This document shows positions 12,629-26,049 of a stretch of DNA of 64,000 bases, one piece after another; position 1 is the stretch's first letter; the number at the start of each line of letters is the position of its first letter. Where the stretch lies: the NCBI GenBank assembly GCA_013239625.1, contig MU053557.1, positions 441,063 through 505,062 on the forward strand. The letters run 5' to 3'. Origin of the DNA: Lama guanicoe. Taxonomy: Eukaryota. Under the pieces are notes generated by a model. The model worked only from the letters and a program-made list of their open reading frames with translations. It was not told the origin of the DNA and did not search any database. The translations under genes were made by a program, and so were the position numbers.

Positions 12629-14006
12629 ACTCAGACCTAAACCCACACACCTGTGGTCAATTACTCTATGGCAAAGGAGGCAAGAAAATACAATGGAGAA
12701 AGGATAGTCTCTTCGGTACGTGATGCTGGGAAAACTGGACAGCTACCTGTAAAGCAATGAGATTAGAACACTACCTCACATTATACACACACATTCAAAC
12801 ACCTCAAAATGGATTAAAGACCTAAATTAAGACCCAAAACCATAAAAGTCCTAGAAGAGAACATAGGCAGAACACTCTTTGACATTAACCGTAGCAATAT
12901 TTTTCCGAACATGTCTCCTAAGGCAAAAGAAATAAAAGCAAAAATAAATGGGACCTAATTAAATTGAAAAGCTTTTGCACAGCAAAGGATATCATGGACA
13001 AAATGAAAAAAACCTATGGAATGGGAGAAGATATTTGCAAGTAACGTGACCGACAAAGGGTTAAAATCCAAAATATACAAATAGCTCATCCAACTCAGTA
13101 TCAAAAAAAACAAATAACCCAATCAATAAATGGGCAGAAAACCTAAATAGACATTTTTCCAAAGAAGACATACAGATGGCTGACAGGCACATGAAGAGAT
13201 GCTCAACGTCGCAAATCATCAGATAAATGCAAATGAAAACAGCAATGAGAAATCACCTCCCACCTGTCAGAATGGCTGTCATCAAAAAGTCTACACATAA
13301 CAAATGTCAGAGAGGATGTAGAGAAAAGGAAACTCTTGTTCACTCTTGTTGGGAATGTTAATCGGTGCAGCCACTACGGAGAACAGTATGGAAGTACAAA
13401 ACTAAAAATAGAATTACCATATGATCCAGCATTTCCACTCCTGGGTATATGTAAGGAAAAAAATTAAAACACTAATTCAAAAAGATACATGCACCCCAAT
13501 GTACATAGCAACACAATTTATAATACCCAAGTTACAAAAGCAATCCAAGAGCCCATCAATAGATGAACAGATAAAGAAGATGTGATATATACACACACAC
13601 ATATATATGAAATCCTGCCATTTGCAGCAACATAGATGGACCTAGAAAATACTATGCTTAGTGAAATAAGTCAGAGAAAGACAAAATTTTTCTAAAATCT
13701 AAAAAAAAAAAATACAAAAATGTATATGCAAAACAGAAGCAGATTCACAGACACAGAAAACAAACTAGTGGTTACCAAAGAGGAAAGGGGAAGAGGGAGG
13801 GGAGAGATGGGATTAAGAGATATAAACTACTATGTATAAAACAGATCAGCAACAAGGATACATTGCACACACGGGGAAATAGAGCCGTTACTTTGTAACA
13901 ACTTTTAATAGAATATAATCTGTGAAAATAATGAATCACAGTGCTATACATCTGAAACTAATGTAATATTGCAAATCAACTATACTTAAATTTAAAAAAA
14001 TAAAGG
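12629..14006 (+). mobile_element. 5'-truncated LINE-1 (~1.4 kb) with TSD
   Basis: Continuous L1 ORF2 3' region, 3' UTR and A-rich tail. TSD aaatgagctga (12618-12628) / aaatgaactga (14007-14017). Confidence 0.95.
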
Positions 14007-14639
14007 AAATGAACTGATTTTTCCCTCTAGACTGTATCCTCTGCTCCGTTTGCCAACACCCATGACCTGATGCTGCTTCCTCTGACAACACAGCCGTGTA
14101 GGCTCGGGTTTTAGGATTAACCCCTGAGTAACCTCATGGAACTTTCCCAATCGCATGTGCGTGTTTACAGAAATACACTTACATCAATGCGGTACAATGA
14201 GTTCTCTTCAGTTACGATTAATAAAACTGCCAAATATAGAGCAAAGGAATAGCTAAACTCTGTCAAGCGCTTGAGATATACTTTCTAAAAACTTGCCTTG
14301 TAATTAGTTCACATTAAGCCACAGTTTTAAACAGGCAAGTCTCAGCTCTGACAATTTCCTTGGCAAAAACCTACTATTCTGTTAAGAAACACACAAATTT
14401 TACTTTTTCTCCCTGAATTTCAGATAGTACCCACTCCCTAGGACCTCTCGCAGTAACCAAGCTTGTGGGGCAAATCTCGCCCTCCACTTTCTTTCTGAAA
14501 AAGCCTGTACTTTGAGCTTTTTGCTAACGTCTCCTCTCACTGGTGTTCTCCCTGCACCTGGACCGCCTCTGATGGGCTAGTAAACTCTAGGAGCCTGTGG
14601 TAATGTTCTCCATGGGGGAATTATAATGAAGTCAAGCTG

Positions 14640-15420
14640 TTGAATGTCTTCCTTATGTGGCTCCAATGCCCATTTTTCTATAACTTCCAATTATTGGTCT
14701 TAAGTCTTCTCTCTAGGGACATACAAAACACATCCTTCTCCTATACTTCATTCTAATTTTTCTTCTAAATCTTCTCCAGGTTACTTGGTTTCTCTAAGTA
14801 TTCCTCCTATTCATTAAATAGGTATTTATCAGATGCTGTATTAGTCTGTTAGGGCCACCATAACAGAACACCGTAGACTGAGAGTCTTAAACAACAGAAT
14901 TCATTTTCTCACAGTTCTAGAGGCCGGAAGTCCAAGACCAAGCCACGCCGGCAGGGCGGGCTTCTCCTGCGGCCTCTCCTCCTGGCTTGCAGACAGATAC
15001 CTTCTGGCTGTGTCCTCACATGGCCTTTCGTTGTGAGTCCATGCTCCTGGTGTCTCTTCCTCTTCTTATAAGGACACCAGTTCTACTGGATTGAGGCCCT
15101 GCCGTTATGACCTCATTTAACCTTAACTGGCTCCTTCAAGGCCCTAGTGCCAAATACAGTCACACCGGGGGTTAGGACTTCAGTATCTAAATGCTGGGGG
15201 AACACCGTTCAGTCTATAATGGATGCTTACACACAAGAGCAGAAAAAAACAAAACCCTGTCACTATGGACAAATGGCACCATTTCACAGCTTTTTAGAAT
15301 GTCTTTAAGGGCTGCGGCAGCTAGAACATAATCCAGTAGTAGATATGGGACCTGATCAACATAGAGTGGAACTATCTCCTCTTTTTGGAATTTTTATTTA
15401 GCCAGGATAGGATTCCCTCC
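14640..15420 (-). mobile_element. L3/CR1 LINE relic split by an MLT1A-type LTR
   Basis: ctagaacataatccagtagtagatatgggacctgatcaacatagagtggaactatc (15320-15377) resembles the reverse of CR1 LYSALVRPHLEYCVQF. Similarity left of the LTR is weaker. Confidence 0.55.
14837..15221 (-). mobile_element. MLT1A/B-type solo LTR with 5-bp TSD
   Basis: tgtattagtctg...cttaaacaacagaa...cttataaggacaccagt...ttcagtctataa; TSD gatgc at 14832-14836 and 15222-15226. Confidence 0.93.
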
Positions 15421-15632
15421 TGTGATCTGCACATCTGTTGTCATAAAAGAGAGCCCAGCTGTAGGTACGCTCTAAACCCATTTTATCTTTGTCTGTGTCC
15501 GGGCAGCTCTTCCATCGCCAAATTAGACTGAAAGCTGGGTGGAATGGAACTGAAGGTAATGTCTTCTAGTTCTTTGAACACGTGTATTGTGCCAAATACC
15601 GTGGCCCGCATACGAGGAGTGGTGTCGGCGGG

Positions 15633-15765
15633 CCAGGGCTGGCATGGTGGGAGTGTGATCTGTGCACTTGGTTTAATGCTGTGCCGCGGCCGTCTTAAAT
15701 TTTTGAACAAGGTGCTTCACGCTTTCATTTTGTGCTGGACCCCACAAAATTGTGCGACTGACTTT
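15633..15765 (+). mobile_element. MER91-like hAT-Tip100 MITE
   Basis: cagggctggc...cttggtttaatgct...gtcttaaatttttgaacaagg...tttcattttgtgctggacccc. Confidence 0.75.
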
Positions 15766-15959
15766 AAAAAGGAAAACATCATTTATGACGGGTCGACTCA
15801 CTAGAAGTCAGAAGACCTGGATTCTGTCCTCGGTTCTGCCACTAACTAGATAAATACAAAGATCAATGCTCATTTAATTTCTCCACCCGAAAGACTCTCT
15901 TTTCTGATTCAAAAATTATGCAAACTTACTTTAGCAAAAGGTTTCTATAGAAGACATCT

Positions 15960-16440
15960 TACTGTTTTTGCCTGCCAAGCATCCAACTCCCCAGTTTTCT
16001 TCCAGAACCTGTTCCTTCTCACATTCTACCCAAGAGGTTACTAGATTCAGGGAGATGACCCCATTTCTCCCCCAAACCCTGCCCCAGAGTGACTTTGTGG
16101 CTCAGGCCTGGCCAATCAGCACGGTTCACCCCCGGAACAGTCTGGAACTTGCCTAGAAATGGGCATATGGTCCAACTAGGCCAGTGGGATTTGATTACAG
16201 GACTTTGGTGGAAGTTTAGGGCAGCGGCTCTCTCCTCTGGCACCCTCGGAAGGACAAGGTAGGCCTGGAAATGCTGGTCATCACCTCACTTCCATGAAGG
16301 AAGCCTGTCTGAGAACAGAGCCAGCCCAGAGGAAGGTCAACCGAGAGATGAAGGGAGACCAAGTCCTAAGGACATGGTGTGGCCCCCGCTGAGCGGCTGT
16401 GCCTACAGCCTGCACGTGCACGTCATGAGAGCCAGTCCAG
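15960..16440 (+). mobile_element. Old MaLR LTR (MLT1K/L-like)
   Basis: tgcctgccaagcatcc, tcaggcctggccaatcagc, gggcatatggtccaa, agcctgtctgagaacagagcc. Confidence 0.7.
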
Positions 16441-18789
16441 GCCCCGAGCCACCTGATCTGGGTATCTGTCCCCTGTAATGATGGGAATTGTTAGCCACTA
16501 GATCCCGGGTCAGTGGATAACAGACGCTAAATTCAAGAATGCAAGAGTACTTTGATGTGGAAGTCACCACAGGATGTAAAGCTAAGTGGTGCAAGATGAA
16601 GAATTTCTGAAAGTATTTCATGGACCCAGAAAGGTCATTATGAAGCGGGAAACATGGCTCACTAGAAAATCACTATGCAAAGAATCACTTTTAATAACTG
16701 CCAGATCATCCTAATTGAGCTAATGAGAGCAGAATCTATGACAAAATTCCAGGAAATAGCTTCTGAGAGTCAAACTTACTTTCAAGTCTGGGAATTTGTC
16801 TTTATGTTTTATTTATTAAACACACCCTTGTGTGATACACAAAGAATGAGGTAGCGTCATTGCTAAATGAACAAACAGAGCTAAAGGAAGCTTGAAACAG
16901 TCTGCCTAAACCCTACCCACTACATAATCATGGATGTTAAAAGGTAATGAAGTAGCTGGATTCAATTATTTATCTTTAAGATTCTGGTCTTTCTTTTATA
17001 TTACAGTTTTTAATTGTCTCTTTGGTCCCAGAAGAGAAGGAGGTCTACAAAGTTTCCTTCGGGGCAAGTGACTACAGCTTTCCCTATTAAGGGACAGAAG
17101 ACAGTGTGAAAGGGGCAGAGAACAGAGTCGGTTCCTGTAAGAAGCCAGGATGATCCCTACAGCCATGTAACAGTGGAAATGGATGCCCCACCAAGTAACT
17201 CTTTGTCCTCAGAAGCATTCAGACTGAGGATGTGCAATCTCTGCACAGAACACTGCAGAAAGATAACAGGTAGGGGATGACTGGTTAGTTCTCTAATTCT
17301 GCAGATCTTGGGAGAAGTCACAGGGAATTCTGATGTCCTAAGTTCAGTTTGCCCTACGCACATCATCCTGGTGGTGAACAGGAGAGAGGAGAAAGCCAAC
17401 ACACCAGCACCTATGAGCCCCTTCCGCAGATTCTAGTGGCTGATCCCAAATCCAGCAACACGTCCGTGTCGCTCACCAATTCCTCACCAGCACCGACCAG
17501 AGCTCCAAACAAAGCAGGCATGCAATAACTATTTGTCAACGATCGAATAAATTAGAAAAATAAATGAACACATCCATCAGAAGTTATGAGCTCAGTTTTT
17601 CCTGCATTTATTTAGCTCCATATCCTCTTCATTTACAAATTAATCGTGTGCCTCCTAGTGACATATCACATTACTCACCTTATTATTATTATTATTAATC
17701 ACTGTATTATTTCACTTCTCAGATGTGTGTGTCCTACCTTCTAAGATGGATTATGAGTCCTCCGAATCAGGCCTTATATTCCTTTTTCAGCCTCTCAGTA
17801 TTCAAACATTCAGAGCAAATTAACAACAATGTTCATGAAAACCACAACTATTTGATGCCAGCACTATCTGCCTCCCCTTTATGACGCTCCCAAAGCCCCA
17901 CGGAGGACACTACATAGTTCCTCCTCTCAAGCCCAGGATAGCAAAGATTCTCAAATTCAATCACCCTCTATCCTGTTTCAGGCACAGGATCATCACCAAT
18001 ACAGTGGACTTTAAAGCCAATACACGTGCAGAGGGTTTAGCAAATCAGTAGAAGTAAAAGCAACGTTGGAGAGTTTAGACAGTCTACGCCAACTCCTAAC
18101 TGCGGCTATGTGTTCCAAGGGCAACCCCCAACTCGAAAAGATTTGCTGAAGGTCACAGAGCAACCTTGGGAACTCAGAGATCCTGACCAGCAACGCTGCT
18201 CCTGGAGCCATTTCAATCCCCCGGAGGAGGGGCAGTGCATCGGTAATGACCTTACTTTTTACTGAGTAGATTTAAAATTGTTAAACATTCCTCTTCCGAT
18301 GCCCCATCAGCAAACACAAAAGAAGAGGGGTCGCTCTGAGCACAGAATTCTCAGGTGATTATGCGTCCCCTTTTCCACCAATCAAAAAGATGAAAGAGTG
18401 AATGTCAAGACTTGCACCACACAAGCCCTTTCTGAAGGAACTGAAAGACCGCATTGTCCTTTATGAACATTAGTGACTGCATTCCAAATGGAAAATAAAA
18501 ATGATGAACACTTCCCCTTGAATTCAAAGATTCCAGCTCAGTTTACCCTTTAATGCTAACCTCCAGGTACCAGACTATATACATTTGGTACAGATAGGAA
18601 CACCGTTTACCAGTTAGGTCCTGGAGGCTCCTAGAGCCATCTGCATACAATCAGTACTCAGCATTTGCAACTCATCCTTCAGTGACTGCCCTGGATCATG
18701 ACTAATGGTGTGGTTTATCAGCTCCTTGAGGGCAGCAGCCGTGCTTTACTCCTACCGGCTTCTCAGACACACACGTCAGTTCACATCTC

Positions 18790-19615
18790 TTTTACTGACA
18801 GCCCTCCAATGACCTGAACGTGATCTTAAAATAAATTCAAGTTCTTTACCACAGCTTACTTCAAGGCACCAAAATAATCCAGCCCTGCCACCCCTTTGGC
18901 TTAACCTTGCATGTTCCCTCCTTACTTACTCAGCTCCCGTCGCCGTGGCCTTCTTCCTTGTCCTCGAACATGTCAGGCTTGCTCAGCGTCCGCCTGCGCC
19001 TCTCCCGTTCTGTGTACGCTGTATGCCTGGAAAGATGTGCGCCAAGATCTTCAATGAATGGTCCCTTCTCACCATCGAGGTCTCAGTTCAAGTATCTCCT
19101 CGAAGAGGTCGAAGCACACTCTGTGATGTACACCCTGTTTCCTTTCTGGTTTTTTTTAAGGACAATTTCCATTTCTTTGCTGATGACTCTGGCTAACTGC
19201 ACTTTAAATGTAGAAGAAGTTAAAGAGTCTGGTAAAGCCATCTCTTGCCAACAATTAAAGGTGGTCTGTGAAGAGGAGCTTGAACACCATCTTTAAGCTG
19301 AGGAGGCTCTGATTCTCACTAAACAGACTTCAAATACAGCAGAAGTGAAGGAGTCTGTCAGGTGAAGCCACTCCTTGCTGATTTCCTAGGGATGGTCTGT
19401 AAAGAGTGACAAACTGCTGGTGGCGGTTTATTTTGTCCACAGCACCTTTCAGGAACTGCAGTTATCTTGCATGTTTCTTTTTTTCCTTGGCTATTGTCTG
19501 CTTTGTTCCTTTGGAATGTAAGCCATTGCAGAAAAGAGATCTCATCTTGTTCACTGCTGTATTTCCAACTCCTAAAAGGGGTCCCAACATAGAGTGGGTG
19601 TTCAGTAAACAGTCA
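18790..19615 (+). mobile_element. L2a 3' region interrupted by a ~270-bp insert
   Basis: L2a-like sequence (aggtctcagttcaagtatctcctc) resumes after 19425 as tttattttgtccacagcac...ggaatgtaagcc...ttgttcactgctgtatttcca. Confidence 0.8.
19150..19424 (-). pseudogene. Short retroposed RNA fragment of unidentified origin
   Basis: Non-L2 sequence with T8 at its left end (A-tail on the minus strand), flanked by ggtttttttt (19148-19157) / ggtttatttt (19425-19434). Confidence 0.5.
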
Positions 19616-20141
19616 TTTAGTGTACCTCCTACGCTGCCTTATCCCGTTAGGCAGAGACGCTGAAATCATATGGGAAAGGGAGAGAGGCTCCCTCTCTAGT
19701 TTATAGTTAAGATTCCAAAAACATGATGGCGGCCAATCCATGGCTGATGGAAAGACAGGTTATTTAGACAGTTACCTGTCCTTAAGTACAGATAACTGTC
19801 TCAAGGACAAATATGTGGTCCTTTAGCACCACTACTGTTTTTAAAATGATGGAAGAAAAAGCATACATAGAGCTTAACGTAGTTCCTTTTTTAAAGATGT
19901 TTTTCCCCTTTACAGTTGGATGTATCAGCGGTGTGGGAAAGAACACTGCACACGTTAGGAATAGCAAATAGGTTTACCTCATGCGGGCCAATCTGAACTG
20001 ACAGATAACATCTGTTTGGAGAACTAAGCTAGAGGAATCCCAGGAATAAATCCAAATTCAGTGTCTGCTCTGCTGTTGGGGAAACGGCTGTGTGAGTGAG
20101 GACGGGTCCAAGGCTTTTGTGTCCTGATGGACTTCCTTCTG

Positions 20142-20142
<1 letters not shown>

Positions 20143-20173
<31 letters not shown>
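20143..20173. repeat. (CA)n microsatellite
   Basis: Uninterrupted CA run. Confidence 0.97.
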
Positions 20174-20176
<3 letters not shown>

Positions 20177-21514
20177 CAAACTGCTGTAGGCTGAGGCTGT
20201 GGGAAAGTGGTTTGACTGAATTATACAACTATCCAGGCTAATTAAATCCAACAGGATTTTCACTTTCTCCTCGCACTAACTAAACCGTAAAGAAACTGAC
20301 GTGACTCCACCCTCTCTAGGATGTGACTTCAGACAGCTCGCCATTTCTCCCAGCTTCAGTTCTCCAAACCAGCTCAAATAATTTCAACTTAACAGAAGCC
20401 ATGAAAGGGGAAAATAAAAAGGAACTCAAAACTTACACAATCATCCTATGTAAATGTTTGGTTCTCTGTGGGAATATGGAAGCCTCCAGACCATACTCGC
20501 TTCCTCTGTGAACAAAACTTTCTTAGCCTTACCCTCTTGCAACTTCGGGGTGCTGCCATGTGATGGGGCCCCTTGTCTCCCCAGCAGTCACCCGTGTCAT
20601 TTCAAAGTGAGCTCTAAGCCTCTACATGCACACAAGACAAAGGCCCTCACATGCCACTCGATACCACCTGGCCTTACTTTGTAAATATCTTGCCTCATCT
20701 AGGAATTTATTTTGGAATATGTTTTGGACTACAAATTATTATCTGGGAAGATGGTAGACTTATCAGCTTGATTAATCTGGGAAAGTAAATGACAGTTTCT
20801 TAGGGGTTAAAGGTCTAGGCTTGAAACTCTATTTTGGGGGGGTGGGATCTGTGTGTGTATTTTTCTGTTCCCAAGTTCGTGTGTCTTTCATGTTCTGGCC
20901 ACTGTTCAAACTTGTTGCCAGTTTTTGATAAAACATTCAAAGGGAAAATGTGAAGGGAGGCACCAGGGAAACAGAAACGGAGCAACGTGGTAAGAAATTC
21001 TTTAGGAAGTCCAGGAGCCAAGAGGGGGAGGGAAGCAGAAGGCTGTGCTGACTGACAAGAGATGGAAAATCACCGAACCATAATAGACCTCACTTGCACT
21101 GACATGCGCTAACTGAAGTGAACAGCTGGGGTAAAGTTACCGCATCTCATTTTGGAGTTTGGCAGTAGATCGGGCCCTATTTACAAAGCCGACAGTCATG
21201 ACAGCATTTCCCAGGTCTAATGCAGAGCAAAAATGAAGTCAGCTCAGCCCAGCGCCTGGAGTATTGCAAAGGGCCTTTACTTTGGTGAGACACTCTGCTC
21301 TTCTGCAAGGGACACCCATAGGTTCTCCTTTGATATCATGGTATTTGAGGCAGCACGAGCCTGCCTCTTGATTCCCTTCGGTGGAATCGGGGTTGTAATT
21401 TAAATCGCAGCGTGTTTGTACAGGTGATAAGCCACATCTGATGCTTTGGCTGCAGAACCCGATCAACAGCACAGAAGAGAAAAATTTGCATAGCAGCGCT
21501 ACTTCTAAAAGCCT

Positions 21515-21740
21515 GCATGAACTGAACACTTACTCTGTGTCAGTCACGGTGCTAAATTCTTTTGTGTGGCTTACCTGACTTAATCCTCCCGGTTACCCTG
21601 TGGGGCTGGTACTATTATTATCTCAGTTTTGCAGGTGGGGACTGAGGCTTGGAGACATGAAGTCATCTGCCCTGAGGCAGAGTTAGTCGGGGGCAGAGCC
21701 AGAGCTGCACTCGAATGTGTCGGCCACGCAAGCCTGGGCT
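21515..21740 (-). mobile_element. MIR SINE
   Basis: ggtactattattatctcagttttgcaggtggggactgaggcttggaga. Confidence 0.85.
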
Positions 21741-23278
21741 GCTCCCCGTGCAATCCTACTGTCACTGTCAACCTCCACGCAGCACCGTGTGGGGACTCGC
21801 CCCGGGTGGGAGTCCCTGGATCTGCTTCTGCTCTGGATGGTTCTCTCTTTGCCTCAGCGTTTAACATTGTATCACGTTCCCATTTGTCTCCAAGTGTTTT
21901 CCTATGATGTGGATGCAGCCCAAGGGTTTTTATAGCTGGTAGCTGGGGTATTAAGTGATGCTCCCCTCCGCGGGAGGGAAGTTTGTTGTGTGGGGAAGAA
22001 AACTGTTGGAAGTAGGGAAAGAGGGAGGGCTGATTGCCATGCCACGTCCTTAGGAGAACTTGTGCCTGGAAGCCCCAAAGAGAGGTGAGTTGATGAGTGT
22101 TCTGTGCCACACTCCAGCTCCCTGAGAAGTCCCGCAGTTTCTGTAGGGAGCATCGAGTGCTCCAAATCTCCAAATTCACTCTTGTGAATGCAGATGGAAA
22201 GTCAGTTATACCTTGTTTCCCCTTGCCTTGCTGAAATTTAGCGTTCCATTCAGTTACAGATGCAGGCGACAAATTCCAGTCGTGGAGGCAGTGCCTATGA
22301 TTCAGTCACCAACAAGAGTTTGGATAATTTCACACTACGTTTCAGATGTTTTAAGTGGAACATCATTTATGCTGAGCGCTTCTTTGAAATTGTTGGTAGC
22401 CACCAGACCTGCTGCTACGTTTTGTTGGTGTATTACTGTATCACAGTTGAAAAAACAGTTTGGTTACTGTATTGAAACCTAATTGACTTCCTTTGAATCC
22501 TTTTTATGACTTTGAATTTCAGACATTTTCTTTCTGAGAAGAGAGATCTGTATAGGCTTTACCCAGTGGCCAAGGGGATGCATGACACACAAGAAAGTGA
22601 CGAACTCCGGCTCCTTGTCACTCACGTAGACGTATGTTACATGTATTACTCATTCAGTCTGCCCTCTGACACTGGAGGTGGGCACTAGATTATACCTCAG
22701 CTTAAGGAAGAGGAAACTGAGGTACCAGGAGGATAAGGAAGTTTTCTGAGATGAGTCCAGTATTTCCCGAGCGCTCATAGTGTGGATTCTTTCCTGCCAG
22801 CTCAGCATCCTTTTCTTCCCTGTCTGTACTCCCTGGATCCCACGGAAAGAGGTCGGGGGCGGGACGAGGTGAAACATTCTCTGAAGTCCCTTAAAAGGAG
22901 GATTCTAGGTGAGAAGCCCTGTGTGAGATTCAGAAAGTGGACGAGCCGGGAAGGTACTGTCTCCTCCTGCAGCAGCTCAGCACTTGTTGGCCGACTTGAG
23001 GTTTGCATCAGCTTCGGGGGCCGCCCCAAGTGATTCTTCCCCTTAGATGCTGCTGGGAGTGTTGGCTACTGTTTTGTGAAATTTCTGAGCATTCTGACCT
23101 TAGCAAAGCCTGCCAGGTTTTTCCTAACCTTCCTTCCCAAGTTCTTCTAAGCTATCTGTAAATCACTATGCTCAGTCCCTTGCAGTTTGAAATACCCAGA
23201 GGAGTTTCTGTCCTGACTAAACCATGCACCTGCTCTGAGCCAGGAGGGAGTGAATTAATAGCAGGAGCTCAACAACAG

Positions 23279-23738
23279 TGTATCAGTCAAGATTCTAATA
23301 GGAAACAGATGGGGTAATTAAAGAGCGTTTAACAAAGGGACTGTTTACAAATGCAGGGGAGAGTTTAAGGAAAAGCAAGAATGGAGCTTGCTAGGCTAGC
23401 AGGAGCAAAAACAGGCTCTTATCCTCTCACACCAGAAGGGGGAAGGGGAGGAGGCAGTTACAGGAGCCCAGAGAGAGGCGCAGCTGCAGTGCAAGCGATG
23501 CTCCTTCCCACGGGCGCTGTGGCCCAGGCCACAGGCGAGAAACCAGAGAACGAAACACTCCAACATTTCTCCATCTCCCAACTCCTTTATCTCCTGCTAA
23601 TACCCACTGTCTTAGCCAACAGCACCTGAGGGCAGGGAAATCTGGCTGCTGCAGTGAACAGAGGTCAATTTTCTGGGGCACAGAGTGGGGAAAGGGTGGA
23701 AGGGGGATGTAGAAGGGAAAGCACAGAAAATCCTGCAA
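23279..23738 (-). mobile_element. LTR33-like ERVL solo LTR
   Basis: tgtatcagtcaag...ggaaacagatgg...tttaacaaagggactgtttacaaa...cacctgagggcagggaa...gggtggaagggg. Confidence 0.8.
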
Positions 23739-25169
23739 AGGGATGGGAACAGACATCACTATAGATGAAGCTTTTTCATGGTTCAGGTTAGAGAAAGGGG
23801 AGAAACTGACTCTGATTACAACATAGTGCCATAAATGTACTTCTCCTAGGGTGACCAAGTGACTCAGCTCCTGGTAATAGTTCAGTTTGTCAGGACAGTC
23901 GTTTTGGTAGTAAGAAATGAAGCAGAAGAGCTTGAAGATTTTGGAACATCTCATGAAACCGTGCTGGTTGATATGTGTAGGTTTTCCCTCGGATGAATTC
24001 TCAGTTCCACCCAATTTGACATTGGGCACGTTGGCTAGATCTTTATTTTACAGATATCCATAAAATAAAGGGTTGTCCAAAGATATTCTCAAAGGATGCT
24101 TCAAACTCAAACATGCCATCACTCTATGTGTTCTAGAGCTGGCTGCCCGTGGCTTTGTGTGAAGCTTATTGTGGTGACCAGTATCTAGTGATTCATGTTT
24201 TCCCGAGGCAATCCAATGCTATATCTGGTGGCTGTCCTGTTAATGACTGAGGTCTACAACATTTGGATTTTCTAAGTAAGACTGAATAGCATTAGACTAG
24301 AGGGGCATGGGAACTAGTGAGTCAGTTACTACATTAAATGAAGTATATATGCATTTTTTTCTTCTCTACCCAGGTTCCTAAATTTTCTTTGTGGGAGTAT
24401 ATTTCCACTGACTTTATCAAGAAAAGAGCATGGAGTTATGACATTTGCAAGTTGTTTTAAAGGAGTCATTGGATGCACTATAACTGACCCTCATCAATTT
24501 TTCCAGTAACAACCCTGCTTACTCTCCCACCCATCAATCTCATCTTTGTTCCCTTCCAAGATCCTTAGTCCTTATTTAATACAAAACTATAAAGAGATAG
24601 AGCAGGAGTGGGACAGAAATGAGGCCAGTGGGGAAGAGAGATGAACATCCAATCTTTATATTATGTTTTAATGGAATAGAAACCTTACTATTTGGCACAC
24701 GTGTGCACACTTGTGTGTATCCACCTGGCGTGCTGGTTTCACATACACATTTGGGAAGTGAAGCCTCTATTTGTTGCAGACACACTCAAAATTCTCTAAT
24801 CACAGAAATATTCTTGGAAACTAGCACAAACAGGAGGAGAAGGAATAGTCAGTTCTGTGATGACTTTTTAACACTCCTTACCACATTTTCTTTATTGTTG
24901 TCATAATGTCATCTTTGGCCCCTTGGACCCTTTGAAGTTAACGAGAGTAGTGGGAAAGTATGAGTAATTATAAAACCATGTACTCCCCTAAACTTCAGAG
25001 ACCCTCTCAGGTCTGATGACGTAAGGGGTTTCTGGGGAGGAATCATATTCAGGGTGAAAGGAACTATCTGTTACTTCCTTCAGCCCTTGGTGCGTGCTGC
25101 TTCCTATCCACAAAAGACACCAGATTCCAGACTTTTTCTTAACCTTTATGTCTCTGCTTTAAAGTCCTT

Positions 25170-25395
25170 TCCCCTTGGGGGACACTTTTGATCAGTCTCT
25201 GAAGTAACCCCCAGGCACTGTCTAGCCCTAACATCGTTCCATTTTCTTTGTAGCACAGTTTTCTTGTATCATTTGAGTATTATTATTTGTCACCCTGTGG
25301 TAGAAAATATACCCTGTAAGAGCGAACATCTCGCTTGACTTGAAGCCCCAGCGCCTAGACCAGTGCCTGGCACAGCTGAGTGGGTAAATAAATGG
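25170..25395 (+). mobile_element. L2 3' end fragment
   Basis: ccccagcgcctagaccagtgcctggcacag...aataaatg. Confidence 0.7.
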
Positions 25396-26049
25396 TGGGG
25401 AGATCAAGTCATGGAAGGGAACGTTGCTAAAATAGCATTGTTTTATTTATCAATCTACTTCTTTTAGAATGATGAGTCTGAGCTCTTTGAGAAGATACCC
25501 TACGTCCAAAGGACATCTTAGGACATGCACATACCTCATTAATTCATGGAGCAACAAAGTTCCCTGGAACACAGCAGCTATTCTGTGTGAAATGAAAATG
25601 CTCAGGTGACGCAGGATTTGAGGTTTAGGTCTCACTCCCTGTTGCACATCTCCAGGAACCAAAGAAAGAAATCAAGCCATTTTCCTTTCTCTAGTGGCAC
25701 CACATCTTTCCCTTCTTATCCTTCTTACTGGCCTTTAAATGTGTAGATGATTTTCAAATAAGCTTACTAAAATAAACTAAAACACTGTCAAATATATTTA
25801 AAGTCCCTTATTCTGAATGCATTTGCCGCCTAACTCATACACTAAGAGTCTGAAGTATTAATGTTTCATTTCTCCCTTTTCTCTTCTACCCTTTCTTCTG
25901 ATTCTTTGGTATGTATCCTGGATACAAAGCTGCAGCACTGAATTTATACAGGCAGGAAGCATGAGGAAGAGAAGGGACGTGATGACAGGTGAGGATGTGA
26001 ATAAATACATCCCCAAGTAAGGAGTGACTACCCCTGAGCACTGTATTGA

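Noticed and set aside
21580..22272. 230-aa minus-strand ORF
   Set aside because: The C-terminus (ASVPTCKTEIIIVP) is translated MIR sequence and there is no recognisable domain; probably a chance ORF.
23427..24029. 200-aa minus-strand ORF
   Set aside because: About half lies in an LTR33-like LTR; no recognisable protein similarity.
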